Positions 1-8,747 of a stretch of 54,978 nt of DNA are shown one piece after another. Numbering within the stretch: the first letter of the stretch is position 1; every line of letters begins with the position of its first letter. The stretch is taken from NCBI GenBank assembly GCA_022730245.1, contig DZCK01000002.1, positions 1-54,978 of the forward strand, read 5' to 3'. The stretch comes from Halothiobacillus neapolitanus (GTDB lineage: Bacteria; Pseudomonadota; Gammaproteobacteria; Halothiobacillales; Halothiobacillaceae). The position numbers were made by a program, and so were the translations under genes. The notes under the pieces are model-generated. The model ran no database searches. It saw nothing but the letters and a program-made list of their open reading frames with translations, and was not told the origin of the DNA.

Positions 1-74
1 AGTCCCCTGCGAGGGGGAGGGAGTAAGCCGCGCCGCCGCGTGACGTACAAAGCCCTATGAAGAGGGGCAATCGC

Positions 75-1091
75 CTAGGGGTGAGGCGCGTAAGGCGTTA
101 GTAGTTCAGCTAAAGGCGCTAGTTCTGCAATGCCAGCCAGCGCCCGCTGTAAATGCTTCCAAGTGAGGGGCAGGTCTTTAAGGTATCCCTGTTTGCCATC
201 GCGTGCGCTTAAGCGGGCAAAAATCCCCAGTACCTTCAAATGCCGTTGCACGGCGACCCAATTAAAATCCGCCTGAAATTGCGCTAGGTTTTGATGGCTT
301 TGGTGCGCGGGCGGTAATTGCGCCCAAAAATATTCTTGCAGTGCGGTGACTTGGGTTTGCGGCCAGTCGATGTAGCTATCGCGTAGCAGTGAGACTAAAT
401 CGTAGGCGAGCGGACCTTGCACGGCATCTTGAAAATCAATGCAGACCAGTGCGTTGGTTTGATCGCCATCACGCACCATTAAATTTCGGCTGTGGTAATC
501 CCGATGCACAAACACCTGCGGCATGGTTTGCAGCCGCGCACTAATAGTATCGCGTAGGGTTTGCCATGCTTGGCGTTGCGCCTCGGTGAACGGGCGCTGG
601 TGGTAATGGGCGGCATACCAGTCGGGTAGTAAGTCCATTTCGGCATTGAGTCGGGCGGGGTCGAAGGTGGGTAATCCGCAGGTTTCGGTGGCGGCTATGC
701 CCGGCAACAGCGCTACGGCTTTTTGAAGCTGGGCATTGACGGCCCCAACGGAGTGCCCGTGCCGCCACTGAAACAAGGTGCAATCGCCCAAGTCTTCGAG
801 AATCAGGAATCCTTGCGCTAGATCGTGCGCTTCGATCTCGGGTACCGGAACTTTTGCGGCATGCAATCGCGCTTGAATAGCCAAGAATGCGCCGATATTT
901 TCGCCCGGTGGTGGGGCGTCCATAATCATCCGGGTGCTGCCATCCGTTAAGCGCACACGCCAATAACGCCGAGCGCTGGCATCGGCACTGGCGAGTGTCG
1001 GCGGGGCATCGGCATCGGGCAGGTATTGGTCGATAAATTGGATTAAGGCGGGGTAGCGCGGATCGTTCGATAAACGCGAAGATTGAAGCAT
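75..1091 (-). CDS. amgK: Anomeric MurNAc/GlcNAc kinase AmgK (aminoglycoside phosphotransferase-like family)
   Basis: Motifs ADASARRYWR, HRDYHSRNLM, DFQDA and QRHLKVLGIFARL typical of AmgK. ATG at 1091 preferred; ORF extends to 1127. Confidence 0.85.
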   Translation of the reverse strand: MLQSSRLSNDPRYPALIQFIDQYLPDADAPPTLASADASARRYWRVRLTDGSTRMIMDAPPPGENIGAFLAIQARLHAAKVPVPEIEAHDLAQGFLILEDLGDCTLFQWRHGHSVGAVNAQLQKAVALLPGIAATETCGLPTFDPARLNAEMDLLPDWYAAHYHQRPFTEAQRQAWQTLRDTISARLQTMPQVFVHRDYHSRNLMVRDGDQTNALVCIDFQDAVQGPLAYDLVSLLRDSYIDWPQTQVTALQEYFWAQLPPAHQSHQNLAQFQADFNWVAVQRHLKVLGIFARLSARDGKQGYLKDLPLTWKHLQRALAGIAELAPLAELLTPYAPHP

Positions 1092-1288
1092 GACGGTACT
1101 TTGACTGGCAAAAGATAGACGTAGCATAACGGGCTTTTAAAGCAGGCGGAAAAACTATCGGCGTGGCGCAGCGTTAGGTTGGCGTAATTTGGATTGCCCG
1201 ATTGTTTCATGGGTAAGAAGTAGGTAGGCAATGCGTTATTTTGTGTATAAAATAACTAATACACCCATAAACGAGGCTCGGGGCAAAA

Positions 1289-2008
1289 ATGGCTATTTTT
1301 AAGCAGCTCTTTGATGAAGGCACGTCAACATTCACTTATCTCATCGCCGATGAGCACACGAAATCCGCTTTATTAATTGACCCGGTGCACGAGCAGCACG
1401 ATCGGGATCAAGCACTGTTGCGCGAATTGGGGTTAACCCTGAAATATGTACTGGAAACCCATGTGCATGCCGACCATATCACCGGCGGTGGGCGTTTACG
1501 GCATGAAACCGAGGCGCTGTTTATCGCGGGCAAAGGCACCGGATTGGATTGTGCGGATCGCCTTATCGCCAATGGCGAAACCATTACAATGGATTCCATC
1601 ACCGTGCACGCGCTGGCAACGCCCGGCCATACCGATGGCTGCACCAGTTATCGCTGGGAAGATCGCCTGTTCACCGGCGACACGATTTTGATTGACGCCT
1701 GCGGGCGCACCGATTTTCAGCAAGGTTCGCCCGCTGCGCTATTTAATAGCATCCAGCAACTGCTGGCATTCCCCGATGAAACCCTGATTTACCCCGGCCA
1801 CGATTACAACGGCAAGCGGGTAAGCTGTGTTGGCCAAGAAAAGGCGATTAACCCCTATATTGCGGGGCTCGATTTGCCTGCCTTTGTGGCCAAAATGAAT
1901 GCTTTGAATTTACCCAAACCCCGCCGTATAGACGTGGCCGTGCCGGCTAACGTGCTGTGCGGTGGTGCCAACGTGCCGCGCGCGCCCGGCGAAACCGAAG
2001 CAGCCTGA
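1289..2008 (+). CDS. pdo: Persulfide dioxygenase, ETHE1-like (MBL-fold)
   Basis: N-terminal FKQLFD..TSTFTYL, THVHADH, TPGHT, FTGD, GRTDFQ, YPGHDY and C-terminal AVPANxxCG as in ETHE1/type I PDO. Confidence 0.85.
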   Translation: MAIFKQLFDEGTSTFTYLIADEHTKSALLIDPVHEQHDRDQALLRELGLTLKYVLETHVHADHITGGGRLRHETEALFIAGKGTGLDCADRLIANGETITMDSITVHALATPGHTDGCTSYRWEDRLFTGDTILIDACGRTDFQQGSPAALFNSIQQLLAFPDETLIYPGHDYNGKRVSCVGQEKAINPYIAGLDLPAFVAKMNALNLPKPRRIDVAVPANVLCGGANVPRAPGETEAA

Positions 2009-2044
2009 AAACCTAACCTAAAGCCTAACCTAAAGCCTGGCCTG
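2009..2044 (+). repeat. Imperfect 12-bp tandem repeat x3
   Basis: aaacctaaccta / aagcctaaccta / aagcctggcctg fills the pdo-sqr spacer. Confidence 0.8.
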
Positions 2045-2052
2045 AGTCTTTT

Positions 2053-3195
2053 ATGAGCAAACACATTACCGTCATTGGTGCAGGTTTTGGCGCGGTTACC
2101 GCGATTAAAACCTTGCGTAAAAATAGCCCCGATGCGCGCATTACCCTAATCGCGCCCGAGCCCACCTTGCAGTACTACCCCAGCCTGATTTGGATTCCGG
2201 CGAAAATTAAAACCCGCAGCGATATTCTGGTGGATTTAAAACCCTTGCTCGCGCGCTTAAACGTGCAGTTTCAGCCTGGGCGCGTTACGGGCGTTGAGGC
2301 CGAAGGGCGGCGCGTTTTGGTGGAGCACGCCGGTGAAACGCGCGCGATTGAGAACGATGGCTTAATTATCGCGAGCGGCGGGCGCTTTTTAAAACGCTTA
2401 CCCGGCATCGAACACGCCATTGCCGTGTGCGAGGGCATTGATGCCGCCGAGAAAATTCGTGATCGGCTGGCGGGCATGACAGGCGGCACCATTGCGATGG
2501 GTTTTGGCACCAACCCGAACGAGCCTTCTGCCGTGCGCGGCGGGCCGATGTTTGAGCTGTTGTTCGGGATTGACCGCCTGCTCCGCCAGCAAGGGCGGCG
2601 CGATCAGTTCAAGTTGGTGTTTTTTAATCCATCGTCCCGTCCCGGCAATCGGCTGGGTGAAAAGGCGGTTGATAGCCTGCTCGCGCGGATGAAGAAATTC
2701 GATATTGAAACTCAGCTCGGCGCCAAGATGGTGCGGTTTGAGGCGGATAAAATCGTGACGGAAGCCGGTGAATTTGCTGCCGATTTGATTTTATTTATGC
2801 CGGGTATGACAGGCCCCGCCTGGGCGGATAACGCGCCGTTTGCCAAATCACCCGGCGGCATGATTCAGGCCGAAGCCACAACAAAGGTGCCGGGGTTTGA
2901 TCGAGTGTATGTAGTGGGCGATTCGGGTAGTTACCCCGCACCCGATTGGGCACCCAAGCAGGCGCACATGGCTGATTTAATGGCGGTGGCCGCCGCAAAC
3001 AATGTGCTGGCGGAGTTAGCGGGCAAACCTGCTACCGAAACCTTCCAATGGGAGCTGATTTGCGTGATGGATATGCTCGATCGCGCCGTGGTGGTGTTCC
3101 GCAACGAAAAGCGCCAGTTTATCTCCCCACCCTGCCGCTTGCTGCATTACGGCAAACGCTTGTTTGAATGGTGGTATTTGCGCCCAATTCGATAA
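2053..3195 (+). CDS. Sulfide:quinone oxidoreductase, type VI (SqrF)-like FAD-dependent oxidoreductase
   Basis: GAGFGA Rossmann motif, AVC126EG, AVRGGPMFE, VYVVGDSG, PKQAHMA, ELIC337VMD and an amphipathic C-terminal helix; 380 aa; adjacent to pdo. Confidence 0.8.
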   Translation: MSKHITVIGAGFGAVTAIKTLRKNSPDARITLIAPEPTLQYYPSLIWIPAKIKTRSDILVDLKPLLARLNVQFQPGRVTGVEAEGRRVLVEHAGETRAIENDGLIIASGGRFLKRLPGIEHAIAVCEGIDAAEKIRDRLAGMTGGTIAMGFGTNPNEPSAVRGGPMFELLFGIDRLLRQQGRRDQFKLVFFNPSSRPGNRLGEKAVDSLLARMKKFDIETQLGAKMVRFEADKIVTEAGEFAADLILFMPGMTGPAWADNAPFAKSPGGMIQAEATTKVPGFDRVYVVGDSGSYPAPDWAPKQAHMADLMAVAAANNVLAELAGKPATETFQWELICVMDMLDRAVVVFRNEKRQFISPPCRLLHYGKRLFEWWYLRPIR

Positions 3196-3208
3196 GCGCG
3201 TTCACCGC

Positions 3209-3235
3209 AAAAACCCGGCAAAAGCCGGGTTTTTT
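3209..3235. terminator. Intrinsic (bidirectional-type) terminator after sqr
   Basis: aaaaacccggc-aaaa-gccgggtttttt. Confidence 0.85.
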
Positions 3236-3381
3236 GTTGGGTTTCATGGAAGATGTCTAAATGTTAACTGGCGTTGCGACAGCGGTTTCAGTCATCATGC
3301 TTTTTTGTGACGAGCTTGTGACAATCTGCCGAGACGATTGCGCGCCGGTTGATTGTTGCCTTACCTCAGGTGAACCGCCCG

Positions 3382-3990
3382 ATGACATTTAATGAGCACA
3401 ATGCGCTGAATCAAACCCTATTTCTCGATATGAATGCGGGGGCGCACACGCCAGCGGGGCTGATGGATTTCGCCATTATTACGGCGCAGTATCTGATTTT
3501 TTTGCTGCCGGTACTGTTATTAGGTTTGTGGTTTTGGGGTGGCAATGCACGGCGCACCGTGGCTTTTAAGGCATTGGGGGTGGCGCTTTTTGCGCTGCTG
3601 CTGAATATGCTGATTGGCATGGTGTGGCCCCAGCCCCGGCCTTTTATGTTGGGGCTTGGGCATTTGTGGATTGCGCACGCATCGGATGCCTCATTTCCGA
3701 GCGATCACATGACGGTTTTTGTCAGCGTGGGCTTAACCCTACTGCTGGATGGTGCGTGGGGCTTTGGTTTTATCGTGCTTAGCGCGTCGGTTGCGGTGGC
3801 ATGGGCTCGTGTTTTTTTAGGGGTGCACTTCCCCCTCGATATGCTGGGATCGGTGCTGGTGGCGGCTTGCGGTTATTTGGCGTTATCGCTCGGCTGGTGC
3901 TCGGAGGGCGTGACACTTTTGGCTTGGGCTGAGCGCATCTACCGTGTGTTATTGGCGCGACCCATTCGTGCGGGGTGGATTCGGCGCTGA
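3382..3990 (+). CDS. Undecaprenyl-pyrophosphate phosphatase, PAP2 family (YbjG/BcrC-like)
   Basis: PRPF, SFPSDH and ARVFLGVHFPLD motifs; hydrophobic segments. ATG at 3382; ORF from 3349. Confidence 0.85.
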   Translation: MTFNEHNALNQTLFLDMNAGAHTPAGLMDFAIITAQYLIFLLPVLLLGLWFWGGNARRTVAFKALGVALFALLLNMLIGMVWPQPRPFMLGLGHLWIAHASDASFPSDHMTVFVSVGLTLLLDGAWGFGFIVLSASVAVAWARVFLGVHFPLDMLGSVLVAACGYLALSLGWCSEGVTLLAWAERIYRVLLARPIRAGWIRR

Positions 3991-4082
3991 GGCGTATATT
4001 CGCCCTTAGGGTGGCTTATAGCAGCGGCGGCGCTTGCCCCAAAGCTGTTGGCATTGAGCGGTGCCCTATCTACCGTGGGTTT

Positions 4083-6245
4083 TTACGCTTTTTCTCGCAG
4101 CTTTTCGGCTTGAAAGCAGCGCAGTAGATCGTAGGCGTATTGCCCGCCCAACGCATCAAATAAAGGTTTTGTGCCGGGTTCGGTTTGCGCGCGCATCACC
4201 CCCTGAATGCGCGTGACTTCCGTTAAGGGGAGCTCAACGACGGTGATTAAATCCAAGCTGCCTTCGGTAATTAGTTCGGCTAAATGCGTGTAGATGGTGG
4301 TGGTTTTTAACCCACGCTGCTGGGCGATGGCGGGGATGCTCATGCCGCTTTGAAATAAGGTGAGGGTTTCTTGCGTGGTTTCGCGGCGCACGGTAACGCT
4401 GGGTTCTGCCTTGCCATGAGCGGGGTGGTTAAATGCCGCGAGTGTCGCCAAAAATGCAGCGCCATAGGCATCTAGTTTGCGTGCGCCCACGCCGGAAATT
4501 TGCGCCAATTCGGTTAGGTCGCGGGGGCGTTCATCCATCATATCCAGCAGGGTCGCATCATGAAAAATGGTGAAGGGCGGCACGCCGTGCTGGGTGGCCA
4601 GCTTTTTTCGGCAAGCACGCAGGGCATCCCAGAGTGCATTATCTTGGGGGCTTGCAAATTGAATGCTGCCGCGCGGCGCACGGGGTGCACCCGCTTGCGG
4701 CCTTGTTTCGCGGCGCAGCCACAGGGTTTCGCGCCCTTGTAATACCGCGCGACAGGGCTCGGCCAGAGCCAGCCCACCGTGTTCGGTGTCTACCGATAAA
4801 AAACCTCGGGCGATGAGCTGGCGGTAAATTCCGCGCCAATTCTCTACCGATAAGCTTGCCCCTAAGCCAAATACGCCGAGCTGATGGTGCCCCAATTGGC
4901 GGATGCGGGCATCGTCTTTACCGCGCAGCACATCGATTAAATAGTTCACCCCAAAGCGTTGGCCGGTGCGATGCACGCAGGAAAGCGCTTGCTGGGCGGG
5001 CAGGCTGGCATCCCAAGTTTGGGGTGGGGTTAAACAATTGTCGCAATTGCCGCAAGGCTGGGTGCAGTGTTCGCCAAAATATCCTAAGAGGGTTTGGCGG
5101 CGGCATTGGGTCGATTCGGTTAAGCCCAGCATGGCATCGAGTTTGTGCTGTTCAACGCGCTTAATGGATTCCTCGGCCACTGATTCACTCATCATTTGCC
5201 GCAAAGTAATCACATCGCCAAGACCAAAGCGCATCCACGCATCCGAGGGCAGGCCATCGCGCCCTGCGCGCCCGGTTTCTTGATAATAGGCTTCGATGCT
5301 TTTGGGTAAATTTAAGTGCGCTACAAACCGTACATCGGGTTTATCAATGCCCATGCCAAAGGCGATGGTGGCAACCACGATGACCGCGTCTTCATCCAGA
5401 AACCGGCGCAGGGTGCGTTCGCGCTGGGCGGCGGGCAAGCCGGCATGATAGGGCAGGGCGGTGAGGTTTTTGGTGCTGAGCCAATCGGCGACTTCTTCCA
5501 CTTTTTTGCGCGACAGGCAATACACAATGCCCGCCTCGCCCGGGTGGTTGCTGCGAATGAAGTTTAGGAGTTGATCTCGGGCGCTGGTGCTGCCTTGGCT
5601 TTGCTCAATGGCATAGCGGATATTGGGGCGATCAAACCCGCTGATAAACACGCGGGCATCGGTTAATGCCAGCCGGTGATTGATTTCAGCCCGGGTGGTT
5701 TCATCGGCGGTGGCGGTGAGGGCGATGCGGGGCACAGCGGGAAAATGCGCGGCTAACTCGCCTAAGCGAATGTATTCTGGGCGAAAATCGTGCCCCCATT
5801 GGGAAACGCAATGCGCTTCATCAATGGCGATCAGGTTAATGCGTGTCGATTGGAGCAAAGCCAATGTGGCGGGCAGCAAAAGGCGCTCGGGTGCCACATA
5901 CAGTAAATCAAGTGTGCCGGCACGGAGTTGCGCTTGCACCGCACGCGCGTGTTCGGCGGTTTGAGTTGAGTTCAAAAAAGCCGCACGCACCCCCACTTGG
6001 GTGAGTGCCGCCACTTGATCTTGCATTAAGGCAATTAAGGGCGATACCACAATCGCGGTGCCGGCGAGCGCCAGCGCGGGGACTTGATAGCACAAAGATT
6101 TGCCGCCGCCGGTGGGCATAATCACCAAGGCATCGCGACCAGCCATTATGGTGTCGATAACCGCACCCTGCGGGTCACGAAAGGCGTGATAGCCGAATAC
6201 GGATTGCAAGATTTGTCGGGGCGATGGGGCGGGCGTTTGATTCAT
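4083..6245 (-). CDS. recQ: ATP-dependent DNA helicase RecQ with HRDC and an extra C-terminal HTH
   Basis: [41 protein letters not shown], Zn motif CRR..CGNCDNC, RQC and HRDC. ATG 6245 preferred; ORF to 6338. Confidence 0.95.
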   Translation of the reverse strand: MNQTPAPSPRQILQSVFGYHAFRDPQGAVIDTIMAGRDALVIMPTGGGKSLCYQVPALALAGTAIVVSPLIALMQDQVAALTQVGVRAAFLNSTQTAEHARAVQAQLRAGTLDLLYVAPERLLLPATLALLQSTRINLIAIDEAHCVSQWGHDFRPEYIRLGELAAHFPAVPRIALTATADETTRAEINHRLALTDARVFISGFDRPNIRYAIEQSQGSTSARDQLLNFIRSNHPGEAGIVYCLSRKKVEEVADWLSTKNLTALPYHAGLPAAQRERTLRRFLDEDAVIVVATIAFGMGIDKPDVRFVAHLNLPKSIEAYYQETGRAGRDGLPSDAWMRFGLGDVITLRQMMSESVAEESIKRVEQHKLDAMLGLTESTQCRRQTLLGYFGEHCTQPCGNCDNCLTPPQTWDASLPAQQALSCVHRTGQRFGVNYLIDVLRGKDDARIRQLGHHQLGVFGLGASLSVENWRGIYRQLIARGFLSVDTEHGGLALAEPCRAVLQGRETLWLRRETRPQAGAPRAPRGSIQFASPQDNALWDALRACRKKLATQHGVPPFTIFHDATLLDMMDERPRDLTELAQISGVGARKLDAYGAAFLATLAAFNHPAHGKAEPSVTVRRETTQETLTLFQSGMSIPAIAQQRGLKTTTIYTHLAELITEGSLDLITVVELPLTEVTRIQGVMRAQTEPGTKPLFDALGGQYAYDLLRCFQAEKLREKA

Positions 6246-6566
6246 CGCGTCATTAAAACACAGAATAAAAATAGCAGTTGGGTGTGCAGAATCGAGACGG
6301 GGTGGGTTTAAAATTTTGGGCGAAGCGCAAAACTTCACCGAGTCTCATTGTTTATGGATGATGAGCAGCTTTTTCCAAGTTATTTATACGGGCGCCCAAT
6401 GACTGAAATGGCTTTTAATCCGCAACGGAGCGATCAGCAAGAAAAATCCAGACCTGCAAAGAGCCAGTGTGCCGCTGTAGCGTGCCCCGCGCGTGCGTTG
6501 TTGGTGAGAATTGCCGTTGGACGTGCCGTGGCTCACCGCTTAGCTTTGGCACGCTGATTTAACTCA

Positions 6567-6726
6567 TGCGAGCCGTTGGGCTTTAGGGAGAGCGGCTGCA
6601 AATCTATCTGGACGGCTCATCGTTCATCGCTTTGTTTGGCAATAGAAAACCCACTATCACCTTACAAAAGCGACCCTCGCCCCGCTGGATTTTTGCTACG
6701 ACTCTTAAAGTCCGGCAGGCTCCTAG
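6567..6726. mobile_element. MITE-like palindromic dispersed repeat, copy 1 (left end eroded)
   Basis: 53/65 identity (6581-6645 vs 54182-54246) and 33/40 (6677-6716 vs 54286-54325) to a second copy; right end taaagtccggcaggctcctag. Confidence 0.75.
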
Positions 6727-6759
6727 TGTATTATTTTCATTTATTCTGGGCATCGATCT

Positions 6760-7290
6760 ATGAGCTGGCTGCGATTTATCCCTCTGGTTTTTTTGCGGGC
6801 AGGGCCAGAAGATATGCCCGCTGGTTGGTATGCAACCCTTGCGGCGGCGCTTTTTTTCTTTTTAAGCGGCCTTGTTATGAGCTTTGTTGTGGCCGATTCC
6901 ACCGCGCTAACGGGGCAGATTGTGTGGCATAGCCTGCGCGATAATGCGGTGGATTTAGCTATTTTAACCGCGTATTTTTGGCTGTTCCTCAAGCTTACCC
7001 ATCGCATGCCGCGTGCGCCGCAAATGCTCACCGCGTTGTATGGTGCTTTGGGGCTTCTGGGGCTGGTACTGGCCCTGCTGTGGTATTTCGCCCCAGTGAA
7101 TACCGCAGAACCTACCCCGATGACACTGGGGGCGGGGCTGATTTTGGCTTTATTCGGCTGGAACTTGCTGGTGCTGGGGCAAATTGTTCGCCGCACGTTT
7201 GGCTGGGGCGTTTGGGCCGGCACAGGGGTCGCGTTGGGCTATTTTGTGTGTTCAGCCGTGCTGATGGTGTGGATTGATGGGCTGAGTTAA
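6760..7290 (+). CDS. Hypothetical integral membrane protein (about 5 TM)
   Basis: 176 aa, several hydrophobic stretches, N-terminal LRAGPEDMP motif; 45 bp upstream of mpl. Confidence 0.7.
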   Translation: MSWLRFIPLVFLRAGPEDMPAGWYATLAAALFFFLSGLVMSFVVADSTALTGQIVWHSLRDNAVDLAILTAYFWLFLKLTHRMPRAPQMLTALYGALGLLGLVLALLWYFAPVNTAEPTPMTLGAGLILALFGWNLLVLGQIVRRTFGWGVWAGTGVALGYFVCSAVLMVWIDGLS

Positions 7291-7335
7291 TCGGCAGCGA
7301 ATCGTTAGTTTGGCGCAGAGAGATCGCAAGTGAAC

Positions 7336-8712
7336 ATGAAAAAAATACATATTTTAGGCATTGCGGGCACCTTCATGGGCTCGCTTGCGCAATTGGCCAA
7401 GGCGATGGGGTATGTGGTGTCGGGTCGAGACCACGCCATTTATCCACCGATGAGTGAGCAGCTTGCCCTGGCGGGCATTACCGTGCAAACCGATATGGAT
7501 GCGCCGCTGCCCGATGATGCCGAGATTATCGTCGGCAATGTGATGCGCCGCGATATGCCGGTGATGAACGAGCTGCTTTCGGGGTTTTTTCGCTATCGCT
7601 CGGGGCCGCAGTGGTTAGGCGAGGAATTGCTGCGCGATAAATTTGTGTTGGCGGTGGCCGGCACCCATGGCAAAACTACCACGAGTGCCATGCTGGCTTG
7701 CATTTTAGAGGCGGCGGGACTGCAACCGGGGTTTTTGATTGGGGGCGTGCCGGCCAATTTTGGCGTGAGCGCGCGCCTTGGGCAAACGCCGTTTTTCGTG
7801 ATTGAAGCCGATGAATACGACACGGCGTTTTTCGATAAGCGGTCTAAATTTTTACATTACCGCCCGCGCGGGGTGATTCTCAATAACCTTGAGTTCGATC
7901 ATGCGGATATTTTCCCCGATTTAGCGGCGATAGAGCGGCAATTTGCGCATTTATTGCGATTGGTGCCGAATCAGGGCTTGGTGGTGCTGGCTGATGAAAC
8001 CCCTGCGCTTGAGCGCGTGTTAGCGCAAGGCGTTTGGTCGCCGGTGGCGCGTTTTGGCAGCACCGACACCGCGCAGCCTTGGCGTTTGGATGGGCGAACC
8101 GTGTGGCTTCATGGCGAGCGGTTGGGCGATATGCCAAGCGCGATTATCGGCGCACACAATCGCCGCAATGCACTGGCAGCACTCGCGTTGGCACGCTTTG
8201 CCGGTGTGCCGCCGCTGCAGGGTTTGGCGGCACTGGCGCAATTTACCGGCGTTGCGCGCCGCTTGCAAAATCGCGGCACGGCGGCGGGTGTCACGGTGTT
8301 TGATGACTTTGCCCATCACCCCACCGCGATTTTTGAAACCATCGCGGCACTTAAAACGCATCTGGCTGAAACGCAGCAAGCGGGGCGGATAATTGCGGTG
8401 GTCGATCCCCGTTCAAACACCATGCGCGCTGGGGTGCATCAAGCCGTGCTGGCGGATGCGCTGCAGGCGGCGGATGTGATCGTGTTTTACAGCCCGCTCG
8501 ATTTGGTTTGGCAACCCTGCGTTGCCTTGGCCGCGCTGGGTACGCGGGCGCAGTTTCCAACGAGTGTGGATAGGGTGCTGGCGGCGCTCTTGGCGATTTG
8601 TGAACCGGGCGACCAAGTGCTTGTGATGAGTAACGGCAGTTTTGATAGCTTGCATCAGCGGTTGCTTACCGCGTTGCTTGCTGGTTCAGCAGGTTCAACG
8701 GGGGTGAGCTAG
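7336..8712 (+). CDS. mpl: Murein peptide ligase (UDP-MurNAc:L-Ala-gamma-D-Glu-mDAP ligase)
   Basis: IHILGIAGTFMG, AVAGTHGKTTT, EADEYDTAFFDKRSKF, DDFAHHPTAI, PRSNTM and MSNG motifs. Confidence 0.95.
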   Translation: MKKIHILGIAGTFMGSLAQLAKAMGYVVSGRDHAIYPPMSEQLALAGITVQTDMDAPLPDDAEIIVGNVMRRDMPVMNELLSGFFRYRSGPQWLGEELLRDKFVLAVAGTHGKTTTSAMLACILEAAGLQPGFLIGGVPANFGVSARLGQTPFFVIEADEYDTAFFDKRSKFLHYRPRGVILNNLEFDHADIFPDLAAIERQFAHLLRLVPNQGLVVLADETPALERVLAQGVWSPVARFGSTDTAQPWRLDGRTVWLHGERLGDMPSAIIGAHNRRNALAALALARFAGVPPLQGLAALAQFTGVARRLQNRGTAAGVTVFDDFAHHPTAIFETIAALKTHLAETQQAGRIIAVVDPRSNTMRAGVHQAVLADALQAADVIVFYSPLDLVWQPCVALAALGTRAQFPTSVDRVLAALLAICEPGDQVLVMSNGSFDSLHQRLLTALLAGSAGSTGVS

Positions 8713-8747
8713 AGTTAAGCCTTGGTTTTACTCAGGAATATGCCGGC

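Noticed and set aside
1160-1230. Possible sigma54 promoter upstream of pdo (tggcgt...ttgc)
   Set aside because: GG-to-GC spacing is 13 nt rather than the required 10.
2009-2044. Short repeats considered as a CRISPR or iteron array
   Set aside because: 12-bp contiguous units without spacers; no cas or rep genes.
6480-6560. Minus-strand gccaaagctaagcggtgagcc, resembling the start of an integron attC site
   Set aside because: No RYYYAAC/GTTRRRY core pair, no matching arm, and no cassette or integrase nearby.
6576-6932. 118-aa ORF starting inside the repeat, considered as a possible transposase
   Set aside because: No DDE or HUH motifs; TTG start within the element; overlaps the more credible membrane-protein gene.
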